This document shows positions 1-14,470 of a DNA stretch of 64,000 nucleotides, piece after piece (within the stretch, counting starts at the first letter, position 1; the number at the start of each line of letters is the position of its first letter). Origin of the DNA: Camelus ferus (Eukaryota). The notes beneath the pieces were generated by a model. The model saw nothing but the letters and a program-made list of their open reading frames with translations. It had not been told where the DNA came from and made no database searches. The translations under genes and the position numbers were made by a program. The stretch is taken from positions 44,952,001 to 45,016,000 of the forward strand of contig NC_045696.1 of NCBI RefSeq assembly GCF_009834535.1, in the 5' to 3' direction.

Positions 1-1490
1 AGAAAGAGATTATGGAGCCCAGTTTACTGGACTGTCATTGAAGATAAGTATTTCTGCCTTCTACCCCCTGGAATATGCTGGGGGACAGGGGAGAGCAGGT
101 TAATGTTGGCCATGACCTGCTTTGATTAGGGATTATATGGCATACTGGCTTTAAAAATAATCATACCACCAAGTCTTGAAAAATGGGAGGAATGTCAAAC
201 TTTTTGGATTACAGTGAAACCAAGTCTGGATCATTTCCAACCATTAATGGCTAGTCACTTTTGTAACTAAAAGTGTATTTTGGTTTAATTATTTCCTCAA
301 AAAAATTTTTTTTAAGTATGATAAGTCACAGGTAATAGGTAGCAATAGGTTTTTCATGACAGTGTTTGATAGAAAGTTTCCCTTTTTCATTCCATACAAG
401 TTTTTGATTCTTTCTTTTTAACGACAAAACTCATGGTTACTATCAATAGATACAGAGAGATTTTGGTGGAGGCTAGTAAGTTTTCTTTGCAAAACAGATT
501 TTTTTCCTGTGTTGTCACCAGTCTTTTCTTCTAATTCTCACTGGAAATCTTGACACATTATTTGAAAATTCTTTGAGAACATACTATGTTTTCTAACATT
601 TGTATTTTACACCATTCCCTAATCTATTAAGAATGTTGTAACAATGAAGTGGCAACTTTTGGCTTTTAGACTGTACCTAAGATAAGCAAGTCATAAAAAA
701 GCCAAAAAATACAGTGCTATTCCAACGTGACACCAGAAACTTATAAAACAAGTGAAAAATCATGATGACATAACATGATGTTCATAAAGCAATGGAGAAT
801 TAGCCAATGCAGTTTTTTTTTTTAAATAACCTACTCACAGGGAGAAATCTAAGGCAAATTAAAAATTCTCTTCTAGGGACATTAACCAGCTCAGAATCAC
901 CTTAAGAAATGACAACATGAGCACAAACTTTCCAACACCTGTGACTCCGCAAGTACTCATGTCATGAGACCCAACTGTCAAGTAAGGGCATGTGTCAGCT
1001 CGCAAAGGAAAGCACTGGCTCCTTACCTGGGTCGACACTGTGACCACCCGAGTCTTGAACAACATTAATTTCCTTTGGATCTGCCACATGCTCGGTCACT
1101 TCCTTTCAGATCCGGAAGAGGGGCTCACCATCAGATGCATCTTTTTACACCACACTGTGTGATGTTAATGGAGTGGCAGAAACGTGCACAGACCCACAAT
1201 TAGTCCACGTTTAGAAAATCTTCTGCGGGTTAAAGCATTTTACTCAGACCTGGTTTCGTCTCATTTCTTCACCAACTTACTAAGGGAGAAAATAAAAGCT
1301 AACTGCCTGAAAATTCTGAAGCTTTGGTGGAAACCTTCCAGGCTTTGTCCATCAGTGACTTTGACCACCAAAAGCGCAGATGAAGGATGACAGAATATGA
1401 TAGCGGAATCAGCTTGTGATGGTTTGTGCTTTAAAAGCACAATGCCTGCAGCGTGGAGCACATCACAGATGCCCAATAAATATTTGTAGA

Positions 1491-1496
1491 TTTATT
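1491..1496 (-). promoter_or_regulatory. Candidate polyadenylation signal AATAAA
   Basis: tttatt on the + strand, about 1.3 kb after the stop codon; TG-containing sequence follows in mRNA sense. Confidence 0.35.
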
Positions 1497-1671
1497 AAAA
1501 GTAATAACAACACGGTTTCTGAAGAACCAACCTCCATTTTGCAAAAAAAGCAAAAAATGATATAAATTTCTTCACCTGACTGGATGGAACAATGTAGAGC
1601 AACGAATGAGAGAACCTAAAAATTAAATAGGACCTCTAATTTGATTGCAGAGAGAAAATTAAGAATTTTGC

Positions 1672-1699
1672 AAAAAAAAAAAAAAAAAAAAAAAAAAAA
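1672..1699. repeat. A homopolymer of about 28 nt (poly-U in CBLB mRNA sense)
   Basis: Directly visible. Confidence 0.9.
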
Positions 1700-2797
1700 G
1701 CCACAGTAGCATTAGCACTTCACAGCACATCCAAGATTTGCTGTTTCCGCTGCACCGTGAGCTGGTTCCTAAACTTGCTAGGTGCCAGCTTGTAATCACT
1801 CAAACGGGAAATGAACTCTATTCTACTTTGGGAAAAGTATGACCATAGTTTTATCTGAAAATTATTAATGTATTTCTGGGAGATGGCCCTCTTATTTGGC
1901 ACGCCTCGAAGTAACGCAGGCAGAAATATCAGGGGGCCTCGTTACGTAACGCCAGCACGGCACTGTTGTGTGCATGTGTCTCTCTCCCACCTCTGCAGTA
2001 GTTGCTTTCTCATACTGGGTTTTTACAGAGTTGTGACAAACCTGGAATAACAAAGATGAGAGTTTGAAGAGTAAAGGTCACAAAACTGACACTAAAAAGG
2101 GAAGCTCTTCTATATCGTATGAAAACCCCTTATAAAAGGCAGTTCATTGACAAAAAATGCTTTATACATTCAGATTTTCCCCATCTCTCAACAGTGATGG
2201 TTTCCAAAAAAAGACTCAGTAGTGAAGGCCACACACTTTTTTTTTTTTGCATTAGTTTGATACATTGAAAATCAGAACCTTTAAAGCATCTTGTAAATGG
2301 GAGAAATGGAATTGGACCTGGGGGGTGGGATGGGAGAGATCATAATGAATATGTGACTGAGCTGTTGACGTGGACAGCAAGGGAGTTGGTGGGAAACGTT
2401 ACAGCAGACCTGACCACTGTACAAAGGGTCCATCAAGAACACAGTACAGGTATCAAAAAAATCCCCAAACAAAACTAAAAAAACACTGCAAGTTTGCCAA
2501 CTTGTAAACAAGGAAAAGCATTTCACAGATTCAAAGTTCAAGGGAAGTAAACGTCTTTAAATTATTTTTGTCAGTTCAACCCTGATTTAAAAGTATGGCT
2601 AGCAAAAATAAAGAAGCTGCAGCTCCTGGCATCCCGAGCAAGAAGCTGTCTTCTGAGAAGGGGCACTTCCGAGCCTCTCTCAAGATGCCACGTGAGGAGG
2701 AGACACCTTCACTCTTGGAATTCCACCTCACTTTTCCCCTTTCCTGTCTGGAATAGTCATCGATTGCTTTATGTTTCGTTGCTGACAGTCCTGGCTG

Positions 2798-3057
2798 CTA
2801 TAGGTTTAGCCGTGGGGAGACTGGAGGGGGGAAGGCAAATTCTCGGAGGATGCTACGGGCCACTTCGACATTATTCTGGGCTATCTCTAAGGCTCTTTTG
2901 ACTTCTTCAAAGGCATATCCCTCGCCCATGAGTTTTGCAATTTTTGCATCGACATTTTCCAAGGCCGCCTCAGGCCCATGGGGTTTTCTGTGGTGAATTT
3001 CCGGTGCGGTCTTGCGGGGTCGTGGTTTAGGAGGTCTGGCTGGTGCTTGTGAACCAT
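2798..3057 (-). CDS. CBLB: CBLB last coding exon (exon 19): PxxxPR motif and UBA domain
   Basis: Acceptor cacgcag|ATGGTTCA; encodes (D)[15 protein letters not shown]...[52 protein letters not shown]; 260 nt. Confidence 0.98.
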
Positions 3058-4916
3058 CTGCGTGGATTTTTAAAGTGAGATAGCATTGAAATAATGAGAT
3101 AAAAATAGACATCGTAACATTAGTATAACCTCATTATTTTATATCACTATTTAATATGAAGACAGTTTTTTATTGTTTCTACAAATTTTTCCCCATTTTT
3201 ATGTATTATCATTGGATAGGTTACAGTATCCATTGTGAATGTCAGAAAACTAAGGTAGAATGTGTTGGCAATTTGAGAAATTAACACAAATGTATCCCCA
3301 ATTCCACATTATTCTTCAAGCTGTATGAGATAAGAGATACAGAAGGAAAAAAATAGAAACACCTGTCTGAAAAGGAAAAGCTTTCGCCTTGGCAGTACAG
3401 CTGCAATACAGCTCATCCTCTACTGTGGTGGGGCACTTTCTTGAGAAGTTTCTACTAGAGAAACTGTTACAAGCTCGTGGAGAGGATTCCTGGCAGAACA
3501 TCCTCACCAGGTCCTCCATCCCACCATGTCCAGCAGAACTTCTCTGAGAAACAGGCTCTACAGCATCACTGCCTGTCTGATTTTTCATGTTAGTAATGCT
3601 GTAAAGTGAAACCTTACTGATGCTAGGAGGGAAAAATAGAATAGTAGATGCTTCTGATGCTTTGAGTCTCCTGTTGGCCAATAAGCTGAACAGAAGTAAA
3701 CTCTGCTTTGCTGAAATGCTTCATCCAGATTCCAATGTAGGAAGCTTAGCTTGAGAAAAGCAAAGCCAGCAGCAACAGCAGTGGTGGAGAACTGGGGTCT
3801 GGATCAGTCCCCTGATAACAGCTTCACACAGTTAAACCAAACAACACTGGTGTCCGTGAATGGAGAGTAATTTTACTAGGAGAAAAGAAAATTAACTACA
3901 AGCCACCAGGGCATGGGCTAGTAATTTAGGGGCCACTTTTAACATGGATTTTCACCTATCTATATTTGGTACTTAATATCAAAAGCCTCTATTTAAAAAA
4001 AAAAGTCAGATTTATGCCACAAAACATTTATGGACTTAAGACAAGGTAGACATCAACATTTATTTAATATCTTTCTTCTTAGACTGCTGACAAGTGCGAA
4101 ATTCAAGGACACAGTTAAATGAGGAAGTGAGGCTAGAACCCAAACGCCTCATGATTCCCGTCCCTCCTGGTCTCTGCTGCCTTGCCAACTTCCCTGATGG
4201 CGTCAGGAAATACTGTAAGCTGATTATTTTCAAGTCTATATCATAATAATAACAGTAATTATAATAAACCTATATCATAATTATTTGATACATTATTTCA
4301 TATTTTTATCATAAGTATGGTATTTTTCTCTGAGAGGGTAAGTGGTAAAAACCATCATTCTGTTTTCAAGTCTAGCAATAACAATGTAACATACACAAAA
4401 TAAAAGCCTCCAGGATGAAAATATTTAGTTCCACACCAAATTGGATGATAGTCTTAGTTTGAATTATTTCTTATTTTTAATTGTTCCTTTCTTACAGAAT
4501 GATACCGTTTGAAAAAAATATAGCTATAGATAAAGCTTATTATGCTCATATATAAGAACACATATTAATTTCTGGTTCTTGCTAAAGTCTGTACTGCTTT
4601 GTGCATCTGTAACTAAACATCTCAAATTATTATGGTCTACTAAATTGTATTTCTTATTATGCTTTGAGGTTTCATTTATTTTTCTATTAAGTATTTCCAT
4701 GATGTCATGCAGAGATGGACAATAAATTGTGCTTTGCTTCTAATCACTTCCAAAAAAACTATTAGAAATTCTAGCAAGCTTTCCTTTAATCCATTGCCGC
4801 AAGATTTATACATTGAAATCTTGGCTGTTCTGGTTTACTCTTAGGTGAGAAAAGTACCTAGAATTAAATACAAGTTTAAATTCCTTGTATCCTAATGGTA
4901 ATTTTCGAAGAGGTCT

Positions 4917-5688
4917 TCTTTTTCTTTTTTATTGAAGTACTGTCAATTACAATGTGTCAATTTCTGGTGTACAGCACAATGTCCCCGTCATGAATATACA
5001 TACATATATTTGTTTTCATATTTTTTCATTAAAGGTTTTTTTTTTTTTACAAGATACTGAACACAGTTCCCTGTGCTATACAGCAGAAACTTTTAAAAAT
5101 CTATTTTTACATATAGTAGCTAACATTTGTAAATCTCAAACTCCCAAATTTATCCCTTCCCACCCCTTTTCCTTGGTAACCGTAAGATTGTTTACTATGT
5201 CTGCAAGTCTGTTTCTGTCCTGTAGATGAGTTCATAGTGCCCTTTCTTCTTTTTTTTTTTCAGATTCTACTTATGAGTCATATGGCATTTTTCTTTCTCT
5301 TTCTGGCTTACTTCATTTAGAATGACGATTTCTGGGTCCATCCATGTTGCTGCAAATGCATTGTTTTATTCTTTTTTAATGACTGAGTAGTATTCCATTG
5401 TATAAATATACCACAACTTCTATATCCTGTCATTTGTCAATGAACACTTAGGTGCTTCCATGTCTTGGCTATTGTAAATACTGCTGCTGTGAACACTGGG
5501 GTACATGTGTCTTTTTGAGTTAGAGTTCCCTAGGATATATGCCCAGAAGTGGGATTGCTGGATCATATGGTAAGTCTATTTTTAGTCTTTTGAGGAATCT
5601 CCATGCTGTTTTCCAATAATGGCTGCACCAAACTACATTCCCACCAGCAGTGTAGGAGGGTTCCCTTTTCTCCAGCATTTATCATTTG
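4917..5688 (-). mobile_element. 5'-truncated L1, camelid-type 3' end
   Basis: T-rich tail, then tgtcaatttctggtgtacagcac...ttccctgtgctatacag, then ORF2-end sequence (gggattgctggatcatatggt, cattcccaccagcagtgtaggagggttccc). Homologous to other copies in the window. Confidence 0.9.
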
Positions 5689-8600
5689 AAGTTTTTCTAA
5701 TACAGCTGTTTTCTTCCTGTCCAAAATACTGAGAAGGGCACGTGATTGTCAAGCGTCTGAAAAGCACAGCTGTGTATACTCCTGAAGTGGCAGGGACAGG
5801 GCAGTGGCCAGAGACACAGCTAAGAGTGCAATGGAGTCTATAGATTTAGAACTTTTAAATTTAATGACCATGTATCTTTGATCTTGGTAGATGACACTAA
5901 ATGATGGCACCTATCATCAGGAAAAAAGAAAACAACCCAAGAAGCCTATCCACTACATGAGGCTGCTAAAAAATTAATGCTGCTCTAATTAATAGTCAAA
6001 TGCAATGGAAGCTGCAGATGCTAAATTTTATTTAAGAAAGCTCTTCTTTGCGTGGAAACAAGTAAGTACTAAACATAATTCAGAAAACCTAAGTTAGTAG
6101 GGAAAAACAATATACACACACACAACAATTAAATCAAAACTAGCTAGAGTAGTGAAGGTATCTCTGATCCTGGACCTGGCTTTTTTTTTTTTTTTTTGCA
6201 CAAAAAATCTATTTGAAATATCAACTGGAGAAAAGGATTCAAACCACCTCCGGGAGGAATCATGACAGATTTTGAGAACAGTTTCATTAAAAAAGAAAAA
6301 AAGCTTATGTATAAAATTAACTTTTCAAAAAGGTAGATTTTTTTTGCTTTAAATACAAAACTCATATATCCCAACTCATTAGTCCTAGACCTCATTGCCC
6401 CAACTCAAAATCTTATGGTAAGATTCTGTTCACAACCCTACATCTGTTCAGAATCCTACAAATGCAAGTAACTTGGAAGCAATGTTGCAACTTTTGGCAA
6501 CCTGTTATGTAAATATATTTCTGTTTACTGCTGAAGATTTATTCATTGTGGAATATTTTACTGTTTTGTTTGACTGTTTTAATTGGATAGTTAGGTTTGC
6601 ATCAGGTAACTGACCAGCCACAACTTTTCTAGATGAGGATGCAAATGAGGAACGTCACGCGGAGACTTGAGGTTGGTCAGGCTGCATCTCAGTTTGGCCA
6701 TAAGATTTTGAGTGACTTTGAGCTAATAAGCAGTTTACTTTTATAATTCTCACTCTCCAAATCTACCTTTATATCTCCATCTTTAGAGGTATTACTCATC
6801 CCTTCTTGGCCAGGTAGTATGCGAATTAACATAATACTTGGTATATGGGCTAAGGAGACTTTTACAAAGAAAGGACAATGGATTCACAATAGATGTGGAT
6901 AGATGCTAGAGAACAGCAATTACTATAAATTTACAGGAATGTCAAGTGTGGAAGAGGGAAAAAACCTGGAATTTGCAGTGAGTGCAGTGAGTGCCTAGTA
7001 CTATATAAAGCTGTTAAGCAAGGTATTAACAAGCAAGATTTGTTACTACGTTGAACTAACAGTAAAAGCTGTTAAAAAAAAAAAAGACAACTTTCTTAAT
7101 GATCATTAAAACAAATCTCTTAAAACTCATGGACAGTCTTCACTGTCCCCACTTGCTCTTTTTTACAAAGTCTACAAGCAGGAGACACCAGGTCCGTATT
7201 CGCTTTAGACTGTGTAGGTGACAGAAAGGAGCAGTGAAAGAGAAGAGGAACTGATCTCACAGCCCCCCAGAGCTGTCGGGCTGCAGTTTGGAGTGCACCG
7301 CAGTGGCTGTGCATTTGCCAACTCAGGGGGGGATTTCTGTACCTGAATCCATGTCCTTAAAAACGTTGACTGGAAGGACATGTGCTTATTCTGTCCATGC
7401 TCATGGTATTTCTGAATTCCCATGAGCAAGGGCAACAACACCTAAATAAGTGCAAGAATACGTGGAGCCATAGGATATAAATAAGTACCTCTTCCTAGAG
7501 CACTAAGGATATGAGAGTTAATGTTGTAAAATATGGAAATAAATACAATATACAGAGTAAAATGCAAAATTTATATAAATTTTTGAGTTGAAACAGACTT
7601 TGAAGCAGTTTCCTGCATGTGATCATCCACTTTTAGTTAAAGCCCTAGTCTCTGTGGTGTTTAGAGTTAGCTCTCTGGTGGGGAGAAAGATTTGAGAAGC
7701 ACTGATTGAGAGTAAATCTTGATTCAATTTTCTGAGTGGAGAAAAGTCCTGGATGGCGTGGGTTTAGCCTGTGAAAACAGAACAGTGCCCTGAGTGATTA
7801 CTCTAGGTCATGCTTCTAAATGAGGGCAGTCTTATCCCCCACAGAGCGAAAACTTGCCACTGAGGGATGAAAAAAGATCTTAGATGCTGAAAGGGTTTGT
7901 GGCCCTCCAAAGAGTACATAAAGTATATCTGTGTATTAAATTTTCTTTGTTGCAGTGGGGCAGGAGTGATTAAGGAAGAAAAAAATCTGAACATACACCT
8001 GGGCAAACTATGATTAAAAAACAAAACAAAACGAGACACACACTGCTGTATGTCCACACCTACAGGAGCTGATGGGAGTCACTGAAGTGTAAGTACCAGC
8101 TGGTTTACAACAAGAGGTCCTTATTACTTCCTTCATTATCTAAACTTTGGTGGGGTTTTTTGGTCCATATTTTGAAACGTGTGTCTAATAAGCAAAAGTC
8201 ATCTTACTGATAAACACATTGTCCTATTTTCCATTTCTGTTACAATGTCTTATTTAACAGTAACTACATCAAGTTTCTGTATTTCTTGGCAAAAGCGAAG
8301 TGGCTTCCTAAGGTCATATGAGAAATGATCACCATCCAGGCTTTGGAAATCTCTAGGACAGTTTTCCAATTCCCAGTATCCTCTTCCATCCCTTTGGCAA
8401 CACTACTCTATTCCTTTGCTCTTGTCTTTATTTGATGTTATCATTAGGTATCTCCAAACTCAGCTTAGCAATCATTGTTATATCAAACTTTGCTAACAAA
8501 AAAAAAATGTGTGCATAGCTTACTGATAAGACAGCACTGACTCGAATCCTACCACAATTATAGGTCCTTAGGTAAGTTACTAAACTTTATCGTCTTATCT

Positions 8601-11158
8601 CCTTCCAAAAATTTGACATTAATAATACCTATTTCAGATTGGTTGTGAGAAATAGAATTTACTTTATATATATAAATTTACATTTATTTATTTCATATGC
8701 ACAACTGAAAGTATAATTGTCAATGTTATATATTAAATTTTCTCTATATATCTACATTTAAAATACTTAGCATAACATTTGGCCCCAGAGTAAGTGCTTA
8801 ACAGACTTTAAAAATGATGATTATTGAAGTTACTTAGTAATTTATTGGTGATACTGGGAATGGATATCTATCAAGCCTATAGATTTTCTCAACTGAGACT
8901 TAAAAGAAAAAAATAATATAAATTTAACTGATGAAGGCTTAAAAGAAATTTCAAACATATCATCATGATGACTTTGTTACTTTACTAAAAGTTGGATCAA
9001 TTAATTCTGGAACTCTTTTAGATAAACTTCAACTGCTGCCATGGCAGATACACTGTCTAATTTTGGAAGGAAGTGTTTTATATATATTTTTTCCCCTTTT
9101 CAGTTATATTAGGTAGAGTTATTACAGTTTGACTGCACATACACATTATAGTGCATGTAAATACTTATATACAAAGAAGGACATTTACATTTACATGCTG
9201 CAAACATCCTTTTTAGAATAAATGTATAAGGAAAATATTTTCAAATCAATGAAATTTTTTGAATTACTTAGAAATATTCTTTTCATAGAAAGCTTATACA
9301 TAAGTCACTATCAATTACTTAGATCACCATAAAAAATAGGAGAAACTGAATTTTTAAGTTGCAGCATTTAAACCTGACTTCTCCACGATCATCTTAAAAA
9401 GGCCTTAATAAAAACGCAACTACAAAATAAGTGCTATTTAGTGTCCCAAGGCACACAGCATCCTGTCTCAAGTTTCTGATGGAAAGACCTAATCTAGAAG
9501 GCAGGAAGAGTCTGTCTCCTGGTGTGAAGTAAACTGGTGAACAGCTTGGTAGCCTTGTGAAGCGGCAGGTAAGCAAATATGTTGCTGGAAAAAAGTATCT
9601 TATTTTCTGTGATTTGACAGTGTGTGTAGAGAGAGTTCAGGGAGCAGGTTGAAATATTTAATGTTACAGTGAGCGGGGGCCCTCAGAATAATAATCAGGA
9701 CTATTTTATCACTCAGGTAAAAGCCAGTTCAGGCTTCTAGTAAACGCTGATTTGGGGATGTTTCAACAGGGTTTGTGACTCAAGGTTCTTCCTTGAAATA
9801 GCTAGAGTAATGCTAACTTGGAATTCCTACCAGTTGAAATCATATATGTGAATGATGTTCCCCTGGGCTCTACAACACCCTTGTGCTCCTGTAAAGAAGA
9901 TGAGAAGATACAGAGCATTTGGGCCAAAACCCTTCTCATAACTTGAGTGTATGCTTCTGTTAATTCAGAGTTGGTGGAAGTGAGTATGTTATTTTAAATC
10001 AGTCATAGCACTCTTCTCAAAATTGTATTTTGACATTATTTCCTTAAGGGATTTGCCTCTTTCTCATATATATATATATACAGTTAGATATTGTCTCTCC
10101 TCCTTTACCTTCACATTTTTTTCATCAGTCTGGAGGTCTACCCTTTCGACTGGAACTACAGTGTCTCATTGGCTACTCATGGATGTATCTGAAATACTGG
10201 AATGATTGGAAATAAGCTGGTAAGACAGCATGGACCACCATCTAAAAAGGTTAGTAAAATTTTCTATGCTTTTTGGAGTTATATTCAAGTATGAAAACTC
10301 ACAACACTACAGAGGGATTTCTGCTCCTCCCATGTATGTCCTCAAGTACCTATACTGTATTGATAATTCTCGCAGTAGCTCACTAATTATCTTGACTCAG
10401 AAGTTACAGACTGGATTCAATGTGTGACCCGAGGTTTGAGCTTAAAAACAAATCTTGAAATAGGACAAAAATCTACACAGGGAAAAAACTTCTGATGTTC
10501 ATAATCTGAGACAATACTATTTATTGTTCAAAATAACAAAGTGTATGTTCAGCATAACACAAGTGTCAGCTACCCTTCCTTCATCCACTTGTCCTCCACA
10601 CTCTTCTGCACACGTGTGGATAAATACTTCAGCAGAGGAGATGGACAATCAAGAGAATGAGTGAGAGGTGCTATGAGGAAACATAAAGCCAAAGAAGGGG
10701 CTAGAAAGTGACTGTGAAAAGTAGGGACTGTTTTAGAAACAGTCTTCAAGGAAGGCCTCCCAAAGAGGCACAGCGTTTCTATGAGAATGACTAGTTTGGT
10801 GCTAATATTAACTCTAAAGAGAGTTCTTCCTCTGATGGAGAAAGAAGAGGATGCAGCATTTTAGTGGACAGAGACATCTCTCTCCCATTTCTCCCGTCTG
10901 ATAAGGCAAAACGAAAGTTAGAGAACGAATAGATTTGGAATCACAGTGGTCAAAGATAATATTAAGGCTTAATATTTTCTTTTCAGTGAGGTTATTGTGT
11001 AGGTATTCTTCTCATAGTACAAGCCTTACAAGCAAAATGCAAAGGTGATAGAAATACTTTCTTAGGCTGGCAGTGCTCATTAAATTATATAATGAATAAA
11101 AAGATGCTGCAAAAAGCACTATACAAATGTAAGGTATTATTATTCTTAGGCAACTCAC

Positions 11159-11278
11159 CTGAAGATGAAGGAAGCTGATCATAGTCCTGTGATGTTCTGT
11201 TGGATTTGACATTTTCACCTGGTAATCTCCTAGCAGGAGGCAAAGGAACTTGGCCACTTGCGGGATCAAAAAAGGGAT
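11159..11278 (-). CDS. CBLB: CBLB exon 18
   Basis: tttttaag|ATCCC...TCAG|gtgagt; 120 nt, phase 1-1; (D)[39 protein letters not shown]. Confidence 0.96.
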
Positions 11279-14200
11279 CTTAAAAATAAAGGTAATTTTC
11301 AGATTAAAACTATTATCTCTGCCAACTGGCTAAAGAGAAAAAAATTTAGAAAATGAATTTCATGACTGGGAGTAACCATTTGTTTTCTACCTTGTTTATC
11401 ATTTGCTCCAATATGCTTTTCCCATTTAATCCTAAATCCTACACACACATTTTGTATTTTTCAGACCTCTTATTTGATTGTAAAATTGTTGATGAAAACT
11501 GCTTTTAATTTTTACTTTCTGTACCAGTCTCTCCTGTATAATGAAAAGCAGCTGCTGTAAAGTCAAAGAAAAAAAATGGGTTTTGAATTCTGCTTGTAAG
11601 AGTATTACATCAGGTAATCTCTCTAAGCATTAGGCAGACATAATCTGCAAAATGGACCTGACATTTGGGATTTGTGAGGATTAAATACATTCATGTACAT
11701 GAAGCCTCCTGCACATAAAATGTGCCTTTTAAAATACTACTACTTTGGGCATCCTATGCAAAAGACTGTCGCTTATTGGCTCAATGAATAGTAAATTCAG
11801 TTGTTAAAAATTATGCTATTATTAACATTAAAGTTTGTATATATAGTAAAATGATTTTTTTTTGTTGCTACCTTGACAGGGGGGATCTGAAATAGTGAAA
11901 AATAATTTCACTACTTCTTAATTATATATATTAACTGTAGCTAACAGCAGAAAAAGAGATTTTTATCAGTGCTACTATATTAGGACCATAAACCTAACTA
12001 ATGGGTTGAAAATTAGTATGTGAGTTTAAGTCCATAGAACTGATTACTTTTTTGAGTAGATGAACATTACCTCCGCATCTTTGGTGTACTGATAATTTAT
12101 CTGCCACCACTTCCATCTCAGGCTCCTTTGTTTCCTTCTCTCAATTCTTTTATTCTTTCTTTTGTATCTGCCAGTATCTCCAAAGGTATTGGAAGTTTTC
12201 TTGAGAGCAGGGTCCTTACCTTACTCACACAAATCAAGTACCAAGCACGCTGCTTATTCAATAGGCAGCACTTTATAAATACTTTTAACTACCAAAAAAA
12301 AAAACCCAGACCAATTCAGATTTTTCAGAAATTCAAAACCAGTGACATTTCTATTGCAAACATCTAAGGCTAAAATTTTAACTATTAAAGAAGATCTATT
12401 TGCATTTGATGTTAAAAATATGTAAGAATTTGATTATTTAAGAAAGAACTACATGCCTATTTATACTAAATTTTGACTAGGTAATGTAAGACAAAAGTTG
12501 AAATCATTATTTTCTTCCTCTGTTTGAGTACAATAATTATCTCCAGCTTTGCTGGAAACTTTTTTTTTTAACCCTAAGCAAGGCTACTTAATTTGCTTTC
12601 ATTAATTTTGAGATTAAAATGAGTCTTAGATGTTGAGCTTTCAATAACTGAAAAGTCAATGGTTCAACCTCATTAATTTTGCTGGAACATTTTAGGAAGG
12701 AATCAGAAGAGAAATCAAATTCCATGCAACAAATGTTAATCTTTTGATTTGGAAGACCAGCCACAGGTACCAAAGTGGTAAATTTCTAAATTTATGCAGA
12801 AATCACCCTAAGATTCAGATTTAAATATTCAATAAAATCTACTTTCAGTTCTTGTACATTCTAAAACATCACTGACATAATATTAGGTCAGAAAAGAGAC
12901 TGTCTTTTACAATACATGTACTATTAAAAATTTCCTTAGAGGTAATTTATAGATTTGTCAGATATGCTATTTCTAATCATCTTATTTAAGACTAAAGATT
13001 AGAATCGGATACACTGCAGGACCATAAATAGACCACAAGATATACAGTGGTATGATGTTGCTCCATTAATCTACTGCACTTAAAAGGTCAGTAGGTACAC
13101 TAAAAATGTTACCAGAAGTAGCAAAATACTTAGTTCTGAATCACTAGGATGTTCTGTCTTGTTTTATGCTAAGTTTGCTACTTACTGGTCGAGTATAAGG
13201 TAAACTGGGCTTCTGTAGCAAGTTGTAAAGTTGGAAGCATTCCTGCTTCAATGGAAAAAGAGATCGTATATAATACAGTTATACAGAGTACAGTAATTAC
13301 TGTCTCCTTACAAAGAAAATTTGAAAAGCAATAAAATTTTTAAAATAAATTCTTCAAACAGTAATTAAAATCCACACTTAGGATTAAAGCATGCAAATTG
13401 AAAATACCATAGCCAGTGTACCATTTATATAGTAATAAATGTTTGAGAAGTGAATGATTAAACTCAGTGGGATTAATCTATTCTAAAAAGCAAAGTACTA
13501 CTGCCAGTGATTTACAGTATGGTAATGCTAAATTGAAAATTTTAATACTTGTTTTAAGAGGTTATTAAAAACTAAGGAAAGACTGGGAGGAAAAGGTTTG
13601 CTAACCATGAAAGTGGGAAAATATGCATCCATCAAAATTATGCTGTGTAGGAAGGAAACCTGTAAGTGGTTATCTTTAGGAGGAGGCATTAAGGAATTTT
13701 TTTCTTAATTCTTTTAGTATCTGAAACACTTTAAGATTTTTTACTCAGTGTATAGGAAAAGAGGCAAATATAGTTGAACATTTAAAACAGTGCCATATTT
13801 CCTTTGGGGGCTGCCCAAAACCCACCAGAAAGATTTGTCAGTTATTCTGAAATTTTAAAAGAATCACAATGTTAGGTCTAATTGCTAGAAGAGGGATTGA
13901 AGAGCTATTTAGGTGAAACAAAGTTCCTCTCTCTCTGCTGCCCCCACTATACTGCACATTCATAAAACTCCTAGTGATCTGGCCACTGATTAAGTCTTCC
14001 ATTTAGAGAACTCACTACCCTTACTACTTACTGTTCTGAGATAGAAGAATTCTTAATAATTTAGGAAGCTTCTTATGAAGAATGGAACCTGTTCTCATGT
14101 CTAGCTTCTGAGGAGACATGGAAGAAATCTTCTTTCACAAATACTGTAATTGAAGGCAACTCTCATATGTACTCAAGACCTTCTCTTGGTTAAATGTAAG

Positions 14201-14284
14201 TTCCTTTCATCTACCGCAGTTTTACGTGGTGTGGTTTTAATTCCCTTTACCAGCCTGGCTGCACTCCTCCAGGGATACCCTAGC

Positions 14285-14470
14285 CCCAGGTTTCTCAAAC
14301 GTGAGCTATGAGAATCACCCCCAAAAGCTTGTGAAAACAGATTGTTGGGTCCTACTCCCAGAGTTTCTGACTTAGTAAGTCCTGGGTAGGTCTTAAGTAT
14401 TGGCATTTTTAATAAGTTTCTAGGTGATGCTGATGCTCCTGCCCTCAAGACCACAATTTGAGAACCACGG
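14285..14470. mobile_element. MER5A-like hAT-Charlie DNA transposon
   Basis: Terminal inverted ends ggtttctcaaa / tttgagaacca; internal cccagagtttctga...ggtgatgctgatgct; degenerate 8-bp flanks ccctagcc / ctctaccc. Confidence 0.85.

Larger units (their letters stand above)
1..2797 (-). other. CBLB: CBLB 3' UTR (distal end uncertain)
   Basis: Lies directly after the TAG at 2800-2798. Contains U tracts in mRNA sense and a candidate AATAAA on the minus strand at 1496-1491. Confidence 0.7.

Noticed and set aside
1437..1490. + strand AATAAA at 1475 as the end of an antisense gene
   Set aside because: The context caataaatatttg resembles an L2/MIR 3' terminus, and no other evidence supports a + strand gene.
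4954..5229. Recurrent MSISGVQH... ORFs (also 34154-34396 and 56323-56595)
   Set aside because: Antisense translations of the L1 3' UTR, not a gene family.
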